From Sinorhizobium meliloti (GTDB lineage Bacteria > Pseudomonadota > Alphaproteobacteria > Rhizobiales > Rhizobiaceae): a stretch of 32,000 nucleotides of DNA. Positions 1-10,902 of the stretch are shown here, piece after piece. A model generated the notes under the pieces. That model saw nothing but the letters and a program-made list of their open reading frames with translations, had not been told where the DNA came from and searched no databases. The stretch spans positions 2,370,001 to 2,402,000 of the forward strand of contig NZ_JAGIOS010000001.1 of the NCBI RefSeq assembly GCF_017876815.1, given 5' to 3'. Position 1 is the stretch's first letter. Each line of letters begins with the position of its first letter. The position numbers were made by a program, and so were the translations under genes.

Positions 1-917
1 TCGATCCGGTGCTTGCCGTTCTCGGCGATCGGGCGCCGAATCACGTCGTGGAACGCACGCGCGAGGCGATGGGGCTCAACCTGCCGCTTTACCAGCAGTT
101 CTTCATCTACTGCCGGCAAGCATTCACCGGCGACTTCGGGACTTCGGTGCTGACCACCAATCCGGTCATGGCGGATATCCGCCGCGTCTTTCCGGCGACC
201 ATGGAACTCGCGACGCTCGGAACGCTGATCGGTGCATTCATCGGCGTGCCGCTCGGCGTTCTCGCCGCCGTCAAGCGCGGCAGCATCGCCGACCAGGTGG
301 TTCGCGTGATCGGCCTCGTCGGCTATTCCGTGCCGATCTTCTGGCTGGCACTGCTCGCGCTGCTCGTCTTCTATGCGCGGCTGCAATGGGTCGCCTATCC
401 CGGCCGCATCGATATCGTCTACGAATACAGCTTCACGCCGGTTACCGGTTTCTACCTCCTGGACTCGGCCTGGCAGGGTCAATGGGATGTCTTCCGCGAC
501 GTCTTCCGGCACATCATCCTGCCGGCTTCGCTGCTCGGCTATTTCTCGCTCGCCTATATCAGCCGCATGACCCGCAGCTTCATGCTGAACGAGCTGCAGC
601 AGGAATATATCGTTGCGGCGCGCGCCAAGGGGCTTTCTGAGGCGCGGATCATATGGACGCACGCGCTGCGCAATGCGGCGGTGCCGCTGGTGACGGTGAT
701 CGCGCTCTCCTATGCCGGCCTGCTCGAAGGGTCGGTCCTGACGGAGACCGTATTCGCCTGGCCGGGGCTCGGCCTCTACATCACCAATTCGCTGCAGAAT
801 GCCGACATGAATGCCGTTCTCGGCGGCACGATCATCATCGGATCGGTCTTCATCGCCATCAATCTCCTGTCCGATCTTCTCTACCGGACGCTTGACCCGA
901 GGACGGGTGCCCGATGA
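1..917 (+). CDS. ABC transporter permease, peptide/nickel (DppB/OppB-like) family; 5' end lies upstream of the window
   Basis: The frame of ORF 9..917 stays open back to base 3 (reads GDPVLAVLGD). Multiple hydrophobic segments and an EAA-type loop (SRMTRSFMLNELQQEYIVAARAKGLSE). The stop overlaps the next start (ATGA at 914-917). Confidence 0.85.
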   Translation, partial: DPVLAVLGDRAPNHVVERTREAMGLNLPLYQQFFIYCRQAFTGDFGTSVLTTNPVMADIRRVFPATMELATLGTLIGAFIGVPLGVLAAVKRGSIADQVVRVIGLVGYSVPIFWLALLALLVFYARLQWVAYPGRIDIVYEYSFTPVTGFYLLDSAWQGQWDVFRDVFRHIILPASLLGYFSLAYISRMTRSFMLNELQQEYIVAARAKGLSEARIIWTHALRNAAVPLVTVIALSYAGLLEGSVLTETVFAWPGLGLYITNSLQNADMNAVLGGTIIIGSVFIAINLLSDLLYRTLDPRTGAR

Positions 918-1846
918 GCCTTGCCACCGAAACACGCCCGATGACGCGCCGCGAGTGGCTGCTTTCAGATCGTCCGCAGTCGCGGACCCAGGCTCGGCTC
1001 GGCCGCGCCTATATGACCTGGCGGCGTTTCTCCGCCAACCGGCTTGCGGTGCTCGGCCTTTGCATTCTGCTGGCGCTCGTATTCGTTGCGATCTTTGCCG
1101 ATGCGCTCGCGCCTCACTCTCCGGTCATCGGAAACCTTGCCGGGGCGCGGCTTCTGCCGCCCGGCAGCGAAGGCTACCTGCTCGGCACGGACGACCAGGG
1201 CCGCGACATCCTGTCCCGGCTGATACACGGTTCGCGGCTGACGCTCCTCGTCGTCCTTCTCGTCGCAATCATCGCGGCACCCGTCGGCCTGATCGTCGGC
1301 GCCGTCGCCGGCTATGCCGGCGGATGGGTCGACGCGGTCCTCATGCGCATCACCGACATCTTCCTCGCCTTTCCGAAGCTCGTGCTGGCGCTCGCCTTCG
1401 TCGCGGCGCTTGGCCCGGGGATCGAAAATGCGGTGATCGCAATCGCCATCACCTCCTGGCCGCCCTATGCGCGCATCGCCCGCGCCGAAACGCTGACGGT
1501 GCGCAATTCCGATTACATCGCCGCGGTGCGGTTGATGGGCGCGTCGCCGCTGCGCATCGTCTTCCGCCATGTCATGCCCATGTGCATGTCGTCGCTGATC
1601 GTCCGCGTTACGCTCGACATGGCCGGCATCATCCTGACTGCGGCTGGCCTCGGCTTCCTCGGTCTCGGCGCCCAGCCGCCGCTGCCGGAATGGGGCGCCA
1701 TGATCGCCTCCGGCCGGCGCTTCATCCTCGACCAGTGGTGGGTGGCGACCATGCCCGGCATCGCCATTCTGATCGTCAGCCTCGGCTTCAACCTGCTCGG
1801 CGACGGGCTGCGCGATGCGCTCGATCCGCGGGAGAGCGGCCAATGA
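914..1846 (+). CDS. ABC transporter permease, peptide/nickel (DppC/OppC-like) family
   Basis: 310-aa ORF with several TM segments and a permease core (ITDIFLAFPKLVLALAFVAALG, VRLMGASPLRIVFRHVMP). ATGA overlaps at both ends (914-917 and 1843-1846). Confidence 0.88.
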   Translation: MSLATETRPMTRREWLLSDRPQSRTQARLGRAYMTWRRFSANRLAVLGLCILLALVFVAIFADALAPHSPVIGNLAGARLLPPGSEGYLLGTDDQGRDILSRLIHGSRLTLLVVLLVAIIAAPVGLIVGAVAGYAGGWVDAVLMRITDIFLAFPKLVLALAFVAALGPGIENAVIAIAITSWPPYARIARAETLTVRNSDYIAAVRLMGASPLRIVFRHVMPMCMSSLIVRVTLDMAGIILTAAGLGFLGLGAQPPLPEWGAMIASGRRFILDQWWVATMPGIAILIVSLGFNLLGDGLRDALDPRESGQ

Positions 1847-2672
1847 GCCCGCTTCTGACCGTCGAGGACCTCCGGGTCCGGTTCCCGACGCGCACCGGTG
1901 TAGTGGAGGCGGTGCGCGGCGTTTCCTTTACTCTCGGGCGCGAGCGCCTCGGCATCGTCGGCGAAAGCGGCTCCGGCAAGTCGCAGACGGGCCGCGCCAT
2001 CATGGGGCTGACGCCGCCGCATGCGGAGGTGACGGCGAAACGGCTTGCCTTCGAAGGAATCGACCTTCTTTCGGCCTCCCCGAAACTCCGGCGGGACCTG
2101 CGCGGCAAGCGCATCGCCATGATCCTGCAGGATCCGAAATATTCGCTGAACCCGGTGATGAGCATCGGACGGCAGATCGTCGAGACCTTGCGGCGGCACG
2201 AGAAGGTCGGCCGCGCGGAAGCGCGGGAGCGGGCGCTCGACATGCTCGCGGCCGTGCAGATCCGCGATGCTTCCCGCGTCTTCGACCTCTATCCGCACGA
2301 GGTCTCGGGCGGGATGGGGCAGCGGGCGATGATCGCGATGATGCTGGTTGCCGGGCCGGAACTCCTGATCGCGGACGAGCCGACCTCGGCGCTCGACGTG
2401 ACGGTTCAGCTCGAAGTCCTCGCGATCCTCGACAAACTGGTGGCGGAACGCGGCATGGGGCTGATCTTCGTGTCGCACGACCTGCGCCTCGTCTCGTCTT
2501 TCTGCGACCGCGTTCTGGTGATGTATGCGGGCAGGATCGTCGAGGAGATCGCCGCGTCGGAACTCGGCAATGCCAAGCATCCCTATACACGAGGGCTCCT
2601 GAACTGCATGCCGGTGATCGGGGCGGATCGCCATCCATTGCCGGTTCTCGACCGCAAACCGGAGTGGGCGCT

Positions 2673-2676
<4 letters not shown>
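1843..2676 (+). CDS. ABC transporter ATP-binding protein (DppD/OppD-like)
   Basis: Internal ATG of ORF 811..2676 at 1843 (MSPLLTVEDLRVRF). Walker A GESGSGKS, signature VSGGMGQR, Walker B LLIADEPTSALD. The upstream part of the ORF is Arg/Pro-rich junk overlapping the permease gene. Confidence 0.9.
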
Positions 2677-3440
<764 letters not shown>

Positions 3441-3536
3441 GGAATGGACCCTCTGTTCAACCGGGTTGATACTCGACATTTTAGACCGGGATGATGGTCG
3501 ACAGATTCTGGGTAGCCGCGGTCTGAACCCCCCGTT

Positions 3537-3680
3537 GCCCCTCACCCTAACCCTCTCCCCGCGCGCGGGGAGAGGGGACACGGTTGCGCGTCTGCGTCAG
3601 CCTCGACGAACAAAAGCGAACTCGTCCCCTCGCCCCGCTTGCGGGGAGAGGGTTAGGGTGAGGGGCAGACCGAGGGGCAG
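3537..3680. repeat. Composite REP/RIME-like intergenic element: two inverted palindromic units separated by a 46-nt spacer
   Basis: Unit 1 (3537-3578): GCCCCTCACCCTAACCCTCTCCCCGCGCGCGGGGAGAGGGGA. Unit 2 (3625-3666), inverted: TCCCCTCGCCCCGCTTGCGGGGAGAGGGTTAGGGTGAGGGGC, with a trailing GAGGGGCAG. The same architecture recurs at 22701-24154. Confidence 0.85.
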
Positions 3681-3765
3681 GGCCTTACTTCGGGACAATC
3701 TGCCCTGCGGGGGAGATGCGCGGCAGGGCAGAGGGGATATTGCTGATACCCACCCGGATCCCGCT

Positions 3766-4683
3766 CTAACCCCGCGGCAGCTTGTCCCGTCCGATCAGCG
3801 CGCCATGATGGCCGATCACGGCGGCCGCAATACGGGCGGCGAAGGCGGCGGCATCAGCCGGACTGTCGCCGCTGGCAAGACGGGCGAGGAAGGAGCCGTT
3901 GAAGCTGTCGCCGGCGCTGGTCGTGTCGACGACGGCGGAAACCTGCGAGGCGGGAACGTGAACGCGTTCCTTGCCGGCAAAGCAGAGCGTGACGCCGTTT
4001 TTACCATCCTTGACCGCAACGTTTTCGGCGCCGAGCGCCCGATAGCGCTCGATGGTCGCTTCCACGGATGCATCGCCGAAATGCGTGGCCTCGTCGTCGA
4101 AGCTCGGCATCACCATCGTTGCCGCCCGGCCACCGGCTTCGATCGTCGCGCGCATCCGAGCGGCGTCGTCCCAAAGGCGCGGCCGGATGTTCGGGTCGAA
4201 GACGACCTGCCGTCCGCCCGCCTTTGCCCGCCGAAGCTCCGCAAGCAATGTTTCTGCCGCGTCCGGCGACAGGATCGCCAGGGTGATTCCCGAGAAGAAC
4301 ACCACATTGGCCGCCTCGATCGCCGCCCGGAGCCGATCGGGATCGTCGGCGAGCAGTTTGGCAGCGGAGGTCGAGCGCCAATAGGAGAAGCTGCGCTCGC
4401 CGTCCTTGAGGTGGATCATATAGAGGCCGGGCGTCCGGCCTTCGATCCTGCGGATGTGCGCCGTGCCGACGCCGGTGCTCTCGATGAAGGCCAGCAGCTC
4501 GTCCGAAACGGTGTCGGTCCCGACGGCCGTGAAATAATCGACCGTCCAGTCCGCCGGCAGGAAGAGCCGGGCGTAGTAGGCGGTATTGAAGGTGTCACCG
4601 GCATAGCCCTTGCGCAGCATGTCACGCTCCGCCTGCATGAGCTCCACCATGCATTCGCCGATCGAAAGCAGTTTCCCCGTCAT
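3766..4683 (-). CDS. kdgK: 2-dehydro-3-deoxygluconokinase (PfkB family sugar kinase)
   Basis: 305 aa. N-terminus LLSIGECMVEL...GYAGDTFNTAYY resembles KdgK (IGECMIEL...GGDTLNT, recalled from memory). PfkB signature DTTSAGDSFNG near the C-terminus. Confidence 0.8.
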   Translation of the reverse strand: MTGKLLSIGECMVELMQAERDMLRKGYAGDTFNTAYYARLFLPADWTVDYFTAVGTDTVSDELLAFIESTGVGTAHIRRIEGRTPGLYMIHLKDGERSFSYWRSTSAAKLLADDPDRLRAAIEAANVVFFSGITLAILSPDAAETLLAELRRAKAGGRQVVFDPNIRPRLWDDAARMRATIEAGGRAATMVMPSFDDEATHFGDASVEATIERYRALGAENVAVKDGKNGVTLCFAGKERVHVPASQVSAVVDTTSAGDSFNGSFLARLASGDSPADAAAFAARIAAAVIGHHGALIGRDKLPRG

Positions 4684-4817
4684 TCAGTCCTCCCTTTCCG
4701 CTGATCCGAATTAAGCGCATGTCACTGCGCGAGCAAGCGAATGTTGACGGCGGCGTTTACTCGAAGAAGCGGTGAAGATAAATCTGGCATTGCTAAATCA
4801 ATCATGGAGAATTGCGC

Positions 4818-6461
4818 ATGCCGGCGGCATCGGGATCTGACGAAAACTGGTGGCGCGGAGCGGTGATCTATCAGGTCTATCCGCGATCCTTCCAGGACAC
4901 GGACGGCGACGGAATGGGCGACCTTCGCGGCGTCACCCGCCGGCTTCCCCATATCGCCTCGCTCGGGGTCGATGCCATCTGGCTTTCGCCCTTCTTCACC
5001 TCGCCCCAGGCGGATATGGGCTATGACGTTTCGGATTATTGCGACGTCGATCCCATGTTCGGCACGCTCGCCGATTTCGACGAGATGCTGGCGGAAGCCC
5101 ATCGGCTGGGGCTCAAGGTGATCATCGACCAAGTGATCTCGCATACATCCGACCGGCATCCCTGGTTCGTCGAAAGCCGCTCGAGCAGGACCAATGCCAA
5201 GGCGGATTGGTATGTGTGGGCCGACCCGAAGCCGGACGGAACGGCGCCGAACAACTGGCTTTCGATCTTCGGCGGTCCGGGCTGGGAATGGGACGGGGTG
5301 CGCCGGCAGTACTACCTGCACAATTTCCTCTCCTCGCAGCCGGACCTCAACTTCCACAACCCGGAGGTTCAGGAGGCGGTGCTCGCGACGGTCCGCTTCT
5401 GGCTCGACCGCGGCGTCGACGGTTTCAGGCTCGATACGGCGAATTTCTATTTCCACGACCGGCTTCTGCGGGACAACCCGCCGCTGGTGCCGGATCCGGA
5501 CGCGACGAGCCGCGATGCGCCGGAGGTCAATCCGTACGGAATGCAGGACCACCTATATGACAAGACGCAGCCGGAAAACCTCGATTTCCTGCGCCGGTTT
5601 CGGGCGGTGCTCGATGAATATGGCGGCCGCGCGACAGTGGGGGAGGTCGGGGACGGGTCACGCTCGCTGCAGACGGTTGCCGCCTATACGAGCGGCGGCG
5701 ACAAGCTGCATATGTGCTATACCTTCGACCTGCTCGGACCGGAATTCACCGCGCGCCACTTCCGCCGCTGCGTCGAGAATTTCCAGTCGACGGTGACGGA
5801 CGGCTGGGTCTGCTGGGCCTTTTCCAATCACGACGTGATGCGTCATGTCAGCCGCTTCGCGCTGCGCGAGGCCGACCGGGAGCGCGTGGCGAAGCTTGCG
5901 ATTTCGCTGCTTGCCAGCCTGCGGGGCACCATCTGCCTTTATCAGGGAGAGGAGCTCGGCCTGCCGGAGGCGGAGCTTGCCTTCGAAGAATTGCGCGACC
6001 CATACGGCATCCGCTTCTGGCCGGCCTTCGCCGGACGTGACGGGTGCCGGACGCCGATGGTCTGGGAAAGAGAACTGTCGAATGCCGGCTTTTCCGCCGG
6101 AACCCCCTGGCTGCCGGTTCGCGATGGGCACCGGATGCTGGCGGTGGACGCGCAGGAGGGCGTGGAAGGGGCGGTGCTCGAGCACTATCGCCAGACCCTT
6201 GGGTTCCGTCGGGCGCAGTCCGCGCTGGTCGACGGAGACATGGTCTTCCTGGGCACCAACCAGGACCTTCTGGTCTTCACGCGGGAAAAGGACGATGAGC
6301 GGCTGCTGTTCGTCTTCAATCTGACCCAGGAGCCGCAGACGTTTCACCTCCCGACGACGCTCGTCGCCGAGCCGCATCCGATGCCCGGTTTTGCACCGGT
6401 TTTCGCTGACAATGCGATAAAGCTCGCCGCGCTCGACGTTTTCTGCGGGAGGTTGCGTTAG
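4818..6461 (+). CDS. GH13 alpha-glucosidase / oligo-1,6-glucosidase-like
   Basis: WWRGAVIYQVYPRSFQDTDGDGMGDLRG, GVDAIWLSPFF, GVDGFRLDTANF (nucleophile region), VGEVGD, FSNHDV (NHD). ATG at 4818 lies 7 nt after GGAGA; the track ORF opens at TTG 4812. Confidence 0.9.
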   Translation: MPAASGSDENWWRGAVIYQVYPRSFQDTDGDGMGDLRGVTRRLPHIASLGVDAIWLSPFFTSPQADMGYDVSDYCDVDPMFGTLADFDEMLAEAHRLGLKVIIDQVISHTSDRHPWFVESRSSRTNAKADWYVWADPKPDGTAPNNWLSIFGGPGWEWDGVRRQYYLHNFLSSQPDLNFHNPEVQEAVLATVRFWLDRGVDGFRLDTANFYFHDRLLRDNPPLVPDPDATSRDAPEVNPYGMQDHLYDKTQPENLDFLRRFRAVLDEYGGRATVGEVGDGSRSLQTVAAYTSGGDKLHMCYTFDLLGPEFTARHFRRCVENFQSTVTDGWVCWAFSNHDVMRHVSRFALREADRERVAKLAISLLASLRGTICLYQGEELGLPEAELAFEELRDPYGIRFWPAFAGRDGCRTPMVWERELSNAGFSAGTPWLPVRDGHRMLAVDAQEGVEGAVLEHYRQTLGFRRAQSALVDGDMVFLGTNQDLLVFTREKDDERLLFVFNLTQEPQTFHLPTTLVAEPHPMPGFAPVFADNAIKLAALDVFCGRLR

Positions 6462-6508
6462 AGCACTTCCAGGAAAAGTGTGTAACGGTTTTCCGTCGGG
6501 AAGTGCGT
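6459..6508. repeat. Small hairpin (MITE-like) intergenic element beginning at the alpha-glucosidase stop codon
   Basis: TAGAGCACTTCC-aggaaaagtgtgtaacggttttccgtcg-GGAAGTGCGT followed by TA. Terminal inverted arms are GCACTTCC/GGAAGTGC. The sequence type recurs just beyond the IS at 7579-7618. Confidence 0.6.
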
Positions 6509-7565
6509 TAGAGCGGTATGTATTTAAGCCCGTTCATATCCCGCCTCTTTGAAGTAGGCTGCGCATTCCTGTGGGGTGACGGCTTGGAGAATGTGGCGCA
6601 GTTCGTCATGGATTGCGTCGCGTGATCTGGCCTGTGCCTCACGCAACCAGTGCTTGATTTTGGCGAAGAGCTTTTCGATCGGATTGAGATCGGGGGAATA
6701 TTTCGGCAGAAAGAACAGGCGGGCGCCGGCCTTACGGATGGCGGCGCGGATCTCCTGACCCTTATGGGAGCCGAGATTGTCCAGGATGACGATGTCGCCG
6801 GCTTTGAGTTCCGGCACCAGAACTTGCTGGACATAGATGCGGAAGCGTTCGCCATTGATCGGGCCATCGAGGATAAAGGGAGCGCTGACGCGGTCGGCCC
6901 TGAGTGCGGCGACAAAGGTCATGGTGTTCCAATGGCCGAAGGGGGCGTAGCCCACCAGTCGTTCGCCGCGAGGCGCCCAGCCCCGCAGCGGCGCCATGTT
7001 CGTCTTCGTCCAGGTCTCATCGATGAAAACGAGGCGGGCGGGATCAATTCCGGGGCAGTGCTTCAGCCATCGTGCCCGGTGGCGGGCGACGTCGGGCCGC
7101 TCCCGTTCGCTGGCGACCAGCGTCTTTTTTTATAACTCAACCCCTCTTCGTGCACGAAGGTCCAGACGGCGCGATAATCCACCTTCAGGCCGCGCTCGCT
7201 CAACTCGGCGACAAGTCCGTGCAGCGTGAAGTCGCGCTCGCGGCAGCGGCAAAGCAGCCAAGCCCGGTGCGGACCGGAAAGCTTGCGGGGCTTGTGCCCA
7301 CCCATCTGGCCGGGTGCGGCGCTGCCCGTCTCGCGAAACCGCCGCACCCAATCGATCGCGGTGCTGATGCCGATGCCGAAGCGCTTGGCCGCTGCCCGGC
7401 ACGATAGGCCCTCGCCCGTCACCGCATCGACAACGCGTTCCCGAAGATCATTCGAAAAAGGTCTCGCCATAAAGGCCGGCCTCCTTCACCGGCCTGAATG
7501 GTGAATCTGATTTGCGCAGAAAAAGGAATCCCCTTTCCGATTCCGCCTAAATGCATCCCGCTCTA
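6509..7565 (-). mobile_element. IS630-family insertion sequence, copy 1 (1057 bp including flanking TA dinucleotides)
   Basis: Imperfect terminal inverted repeats: TAGAGCGGTATGTATTTAAGC (6509->) and the reverse complement of 7565<- , TAGAGCGGGATGCATTTAGGC. TA at both ends. All six-frame ORF translations are identical to copy 2 (11984-13040), and both ends match base for base where I compared them. Confidence 0.9.
6524..7470 (-). CDS. IS630-family DDE transposase, two ORFs (7470..7063 and 6997..6524) joined by a predicted -1 frameshift
   Basis: N-terminal HTH ORF ([42 protein letters not shown]). C-terminal ORF with LVFIDETW (after the frameshift), [23 protein letters not shown]. Slippery T7 run on the + strand at 7125-7131. 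Confidence 0.85.
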
Positions 7566-7618
7566 GATCAAACGGTTAGAGCATTTCAGTTTTTCCATGA
7601 AACAGTGAAGTGCTCTAG
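7566..7618. repeat. Second small hairpin (MITE-like) element on the other side of IS copy 1
   Basis: gatcaaacggt, then TAGAGCATTTCAgtttttccatgaaacagTGAAGTGCTCTAg. Termini TAGAGCA.../...TGCTCTA. Confidence 0.55.
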
Positions 7619-7654
7619 TGGAGTTGAGGTGCCGCTGCGACAGTGAATGCGGCA

Positions 7655-7674
7655 CCCCCTCTGGCCAGAGGGGG
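7655..7674 (-). terminator. Perfect 20-bp palindrome downstream of the adenine deaminase stop; possible non-canonical terminator
   Basis: CCCCCTCTGGCCAGAGGGGG, 26 nt beyond the stop at 7700, preceded by a second hairpin GTGCCGC-N13-GCGGCAC. No U-tract on the minus strand. Confidence 0.3.
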
Positions 7675-7699
7675 CTTTCCGGATGCCGCGCCTCGACCG

Positions 7700-9397
7700 T
7701 CACCCGATCAGCATGAACCTGTCTACATCCACCAGCCCGCGGTCCGAGATCTTCAAATGCGGGATCACCGGCAGCGGCAGAAAGGCGAGTTGCAGGAAGG
7801 GCTCTTCCAGCGTGGCGCCCAGGGCGAAGGCGGCCTGGCGCAGATGGTGCAGGGTGTCTCGCACGCGCTCGTAAGGTTCGAGGCTCATCAGGCCGGCGAC
7901 GGGCAGGGCGATCTCGCCGGTGACCTTGCCGTCATGGACGACGACGAAGCCGCCTTTGATCTCGCCGAGACGATTGACGGCAAGTGCCATGTCGTCGTCA
8001 TTGACGCCGACGACGCAGATATTATGGCTGTCATGCCCGACGGTGGACGCGATCGCACCCTTCTTCAGGCCGAAGCCCTGGACGAAGCCATTGGCATGAT
8101 TGCCGTTGACGCCGTGGCGCTCGATCACGGCAACCTTGATGATGTCCCGGTCTAGATCGACGCCGGTCCGGTTGCCTTCGGCGGGCAGGCGATACCGGCG
8201 GTGTTCGGTGATGATCTTGCCGGGCAGGACGCCGAGCACCGAAGTCTCGCCTTCGTTGTAGGGGAGGCCGAAGTCCGCGGCCTTGACTTCGCGTGCCTTG
8301 ACGCTGTCGAGCCCCACCGGTTCGACCGGCTTGCGCCCGGCGAAGAGTGCATCCGTAACGCGCCGCCCGGCGGAAAGGACGAGTTCGGCCTTGCAGTTTT
8401 CCAGGCTGTCTACGATGACGAGGTCGGCGCGCCAGCCAGGTGCTACGAGGCCGCGATCGCGCAGGCCGAAGGCGCGCGCGGCGGAAATCGAAGCGGCGCG
8501 ATAGATGGCGAGCGGCTCGACGCCGGCGCTTATAGCCGTGCGGATCATGTGGTCGAGATGGCCCTGCTCGGCGATATCGAGCGGATTGCGGTCGTCGGTG
8601 CAGAGAGCCAGATAGGGCGACAGCCGCTCGGTGAGGATCGGCATGAGGGCCTGCAAGTCCTTGGACACGGAGCCTTCGCGCACGAGGATGTGCATGCCCT
8701 TGCGTATCTTTTCGAGCGCTTCCTCCGCGCTCGTGCATTCGTGATCGGTGCGGATCCCCGCCGCGAGATAGCCGTTCAGTTCCTTGCCGCGGAGCAGAGG
8801 AGCATGGCCGTCGATATGCCCGTCCTGGAAAGCATCGAGCTTGGCGAGGCAAACCGGATCCTTGTTGACCACACCCGGGAAGTTCATGAATTCGGCAAGG
8901 CCGATTACCTTCGGGTGGTGACGGAAGGGCGTGAGGCGCCCGACCGGCAGGTCGGCACCGGACGTCTCCAGGTGGGTCGCCGGCACGCAGGAGGAGAGCT
9001 GGACGCGGATGTCCATGACCGTCTCCATCGCCGAATCCAGGAAATACTGGATGCCTTCGGTGCCGAGCACATTGGCGATCTCGTGCGGATCGCAGACAAC
9101 AGTGGTGATACCGAGCGGCAGCACGCAACGGTCGAACTCGTGCGGGGTAACGAGCGACGATTCGATGTGGAGGTGCGTGTCGATGAAGCCGGGAACGACG
9201 ATGCGGCCGGTAACGTCGATCTCCTCGCGGCCCTCATAGTCGCCGCAGGTACCGACGATGCGCTCGCCCGAGATGGCGATGTCGGAGGCGACGAGCTCGC
9301 CGGTGACGAGATCGAAGAACCGCCCGCCCTTGAGCACGATGTCTGCCGGTTCACGGCCGACGCCCTGATCGATGAGACGCTCCAGCGCTTCGGACAT
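7700..9397 (-). CDS. ade: Adenine deaminase (amidohydrolase superfamily)
   Basis: About 565 aa. [13 protein letters not shown] metal-binding HxH, typical Ade length and architecture. ATG at 9397 (MSEALERL) preceded by GAGGTG; the track ORF extends to 9427. Confidence 0.88.
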   Translation of the reverse strand: MSEALERLIDQGVGREPADIVLKGGRFFDLVTGELVASDIAISGERIVGTCGDYEGREEIDVTGRIVVPGFIDTHLHIESSLVTPHEFDRCVLPLGITTVVCDPHEIANVLGTEGIQYFLDSAMETVMDIRVQLSSCVPATHLETSGADLPVGRLTPFRHHPKVIGLAEFMNFPGVVNKDPVCLAKLDAFQDGHIDGHAPLLRGKELNGYLAAGIRTDHECTSAEEALEKIRKGMHILVREGSVSKDLQALMPILTERLSPYLALCTDDRNPLDIAEQGHLDHMIRTAISAGVEPLAIYRAASISAARAFGLRDRGLVAPGWRADLVIVDSLENCKAELVLSAGRRVTDALFAGRKPVEPVGLDSVKAREVKAADFGLPYNEGETSVLGVLPGKIITEHRRYRLPAEGNRTGVDLDRDIIKVAVIERHGVNGNHANGFVQGFGLKKGAIASTVGHDSHNICVVGVNDDDMALAVNRLGEIKGGFVVVHDGKVTGEIALPVAGLMSLEPYERVRDTLHHLRQAAFALGATLEEPFLQLAFLPLPVIPHLKISDRGLVDVDRFMLIG

Positions 9398-9435
9398 GTG
9401 TGCACCTCGCCCTTGATGTTGATTCACGACAATAA

Positions 9436-9461
9436 CCCTCTCCCCGGATCCGGGGAAAGGG
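9436..9461. repeat. Short GC hairpin between the aminotransferase and ade genes
   Basis: CCCTCTCCCCGGATCCGGGGAAAGGG. The stem resembles the core of the larger REP units (CCTCTCCCCG/CGGGGAGAGG). Confidence 0.4.
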
Positions 9462-9484
9462 CTTCGCAGCTGGTGAGGAACGCG

Positions 9485-10813
9485 TCAGATGTTGTTCTTC
9501 AGCACGTCGCGCAGCTTGTCGAAAAGCTCGTCGATCTGTCGCTTTTCGATGATCAGCGGCGGCGACAATGCAATGATGTCGCCCGTGGTGCGGATCAGGA
9601 GGCCTTTCTCATAGGCCTTCAAGAAGGCCGAGAAGGCGCGCTTCGTCGGCTCCCCTGCGATCGGCTCGAGCTCGACCGCGCCGATCAGTCCGATATTGCG
9701 GATGTCGATGACATGCGGGCAGTCCTTCAGCGAGTGCAGCGCCTCCTCCCAATAGGGGGCAAGCTCGGCGGCGCGCGTCAGCAGGCCTTCTTCCCTGTAG
9801 GTGTCCAGCGTTCCGAGTGCCGCTGCCGAGGCGATCGGATTGCCCGAATAGGTGTAGCCGTGGAAGAACTCGATAAGGTGTTCCGGCCCGGTCATGAAGG
9901 CATCGTGGATTTCCGATGTCACGAAGACCGCGCCCATCGGAATGACGCCGTTGGTAAGCCCCTTGGCCGTGGTGATGATGTCGGGCTTCACGTCGAAATA
10001 TTGAGCGGCGAAGGGCGTGCCGAGACGGCCATAGCCGGTGATCACCTCGTCGAAGATCAACAGGATGCCGTGCTTGGTGCAGATTTCGCGCAGCTTCTGG
10101 AGATAGCCCTTCGGCGGGATGAGAACACCGGTCGAGCCGGCGACGGGCTCGACGATGACTGCTGCGACCGTCGAGGCGTCATGCAGGGTGACGATGCGCT
10201 CGAGTTCGGCTGCGAGATCGGCGCCGTGCTCGGGCTCGCCGCGGCTAAAGGCGTTCTTGGCCGGCAGGTGCGTGTGTGGAAGGTGGTCGACGCCCGTCAA
10301 CAGCGTGCCGAACATCTTGCGGTTGGCGACGATGCCGCCGACCGAGATGCCGCCGAAGTTGACGCCGTGATAGCCGCGTTCGCGGCCGATGAGCCGGAAG
10401 CGCGAGCCATTGCCCTTGGCGCGGTGGTAGGCGAGAGCGACCTTCAAGGCGGTATCGACCGACTCCGACCCTGAGTTGGTGTAGAGAACGTGGTTCATGC
10501 CCTCGGGCGCGATATCGACCAGCCGATTTGCGAGCTCGAAGGCTTTCGGATGGCCGAGCTGGAAGGCCGGCGCGTAGTCGAGTTCGCCCGCCTGTTCGCG
10601 AATCGCCTCGGTGATTTTCGGCCGACAGTGGCCTGCATTGACGCACCAGAGCCCCGCGGTCCCATCGAGAACCGTCCGCCCGTCATGGGTGGTGTAATAC
10701 ATGTCCTTGGCGCCGACGAACAGCCGCGGCTCCTTCTTGAACTGCCGGTTCGCCGTGAACGGCATCCAGAAGGCGCTGAGATCGTTGGGCGTGGTGTTCA
10801 GGCGGTTGGACAT
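9485..10813 (-). CDS. Class-III PLP aminotransferase (omega-amino acid / beta-alanine:pyruvate transaminase-like)
   Basis: 442 aa. LIFDEVITGYGRLG, PDIITTAKGLTNG (PLP lysine), YTNSGSESVDTALK. RBS GAGGAGG upstream of the ATG at 10813. Confidence 0.88.
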   Translation of the reverse strand: MSNRLNTTPNDLSAFWMPFTANRQFKKEPRLFVGAKDMYYTTHDGRTVLDGTAGLWCVNAGHCRPKITEAIREQAGELDYAPAFQLGHPKAFELANRLVDIAPEGMNHVLYTNSGSESVDTALKVALAYHRAKGNGSRFRLIGRERGYHGVNFGGISVGGIVANRKMFGTLLTGVDHLPHTHLPAKNAFSRGEPEHGADLAAELERIVTLHDASTVAAVIVEPVAGSTGVLIPPKGYLQKLREICTKHGILLIFDEVITGYGRLGTPFAAQYFDVKPDIITTAKGLTNGVIPMGAVFVTSEIHDAFMTGPEHLIEFFHGYTYSGNPIASAAALGTLDTYREEGLLTRAAELAPYWEEALHSLKDCPHVIDIRNIGLIGAVELEPIAGEPTKRAFSAFLKAYEKGLLIRTTGDIIALSPPLIIEKRQIDELFDKLRDVLKNNI

Positions 10814-10902
10814 GTGTTTCCTCCTCGTCGAGTCCCGGCAATCCGGATTTGCCAGGCCGGATTCTTTACCCGCTGGTCAAACTATCAGCCCGCCGATGGG
10901 CG

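Noticed and set aside
8201-10474. 757-aa plus-strand ORF spanning the ade and aminotransferase loci
   Set aside because: It crosses an intergenic hairpin and two genuine minus-strand genes with clear catalytic motifs. No motifs of its own.
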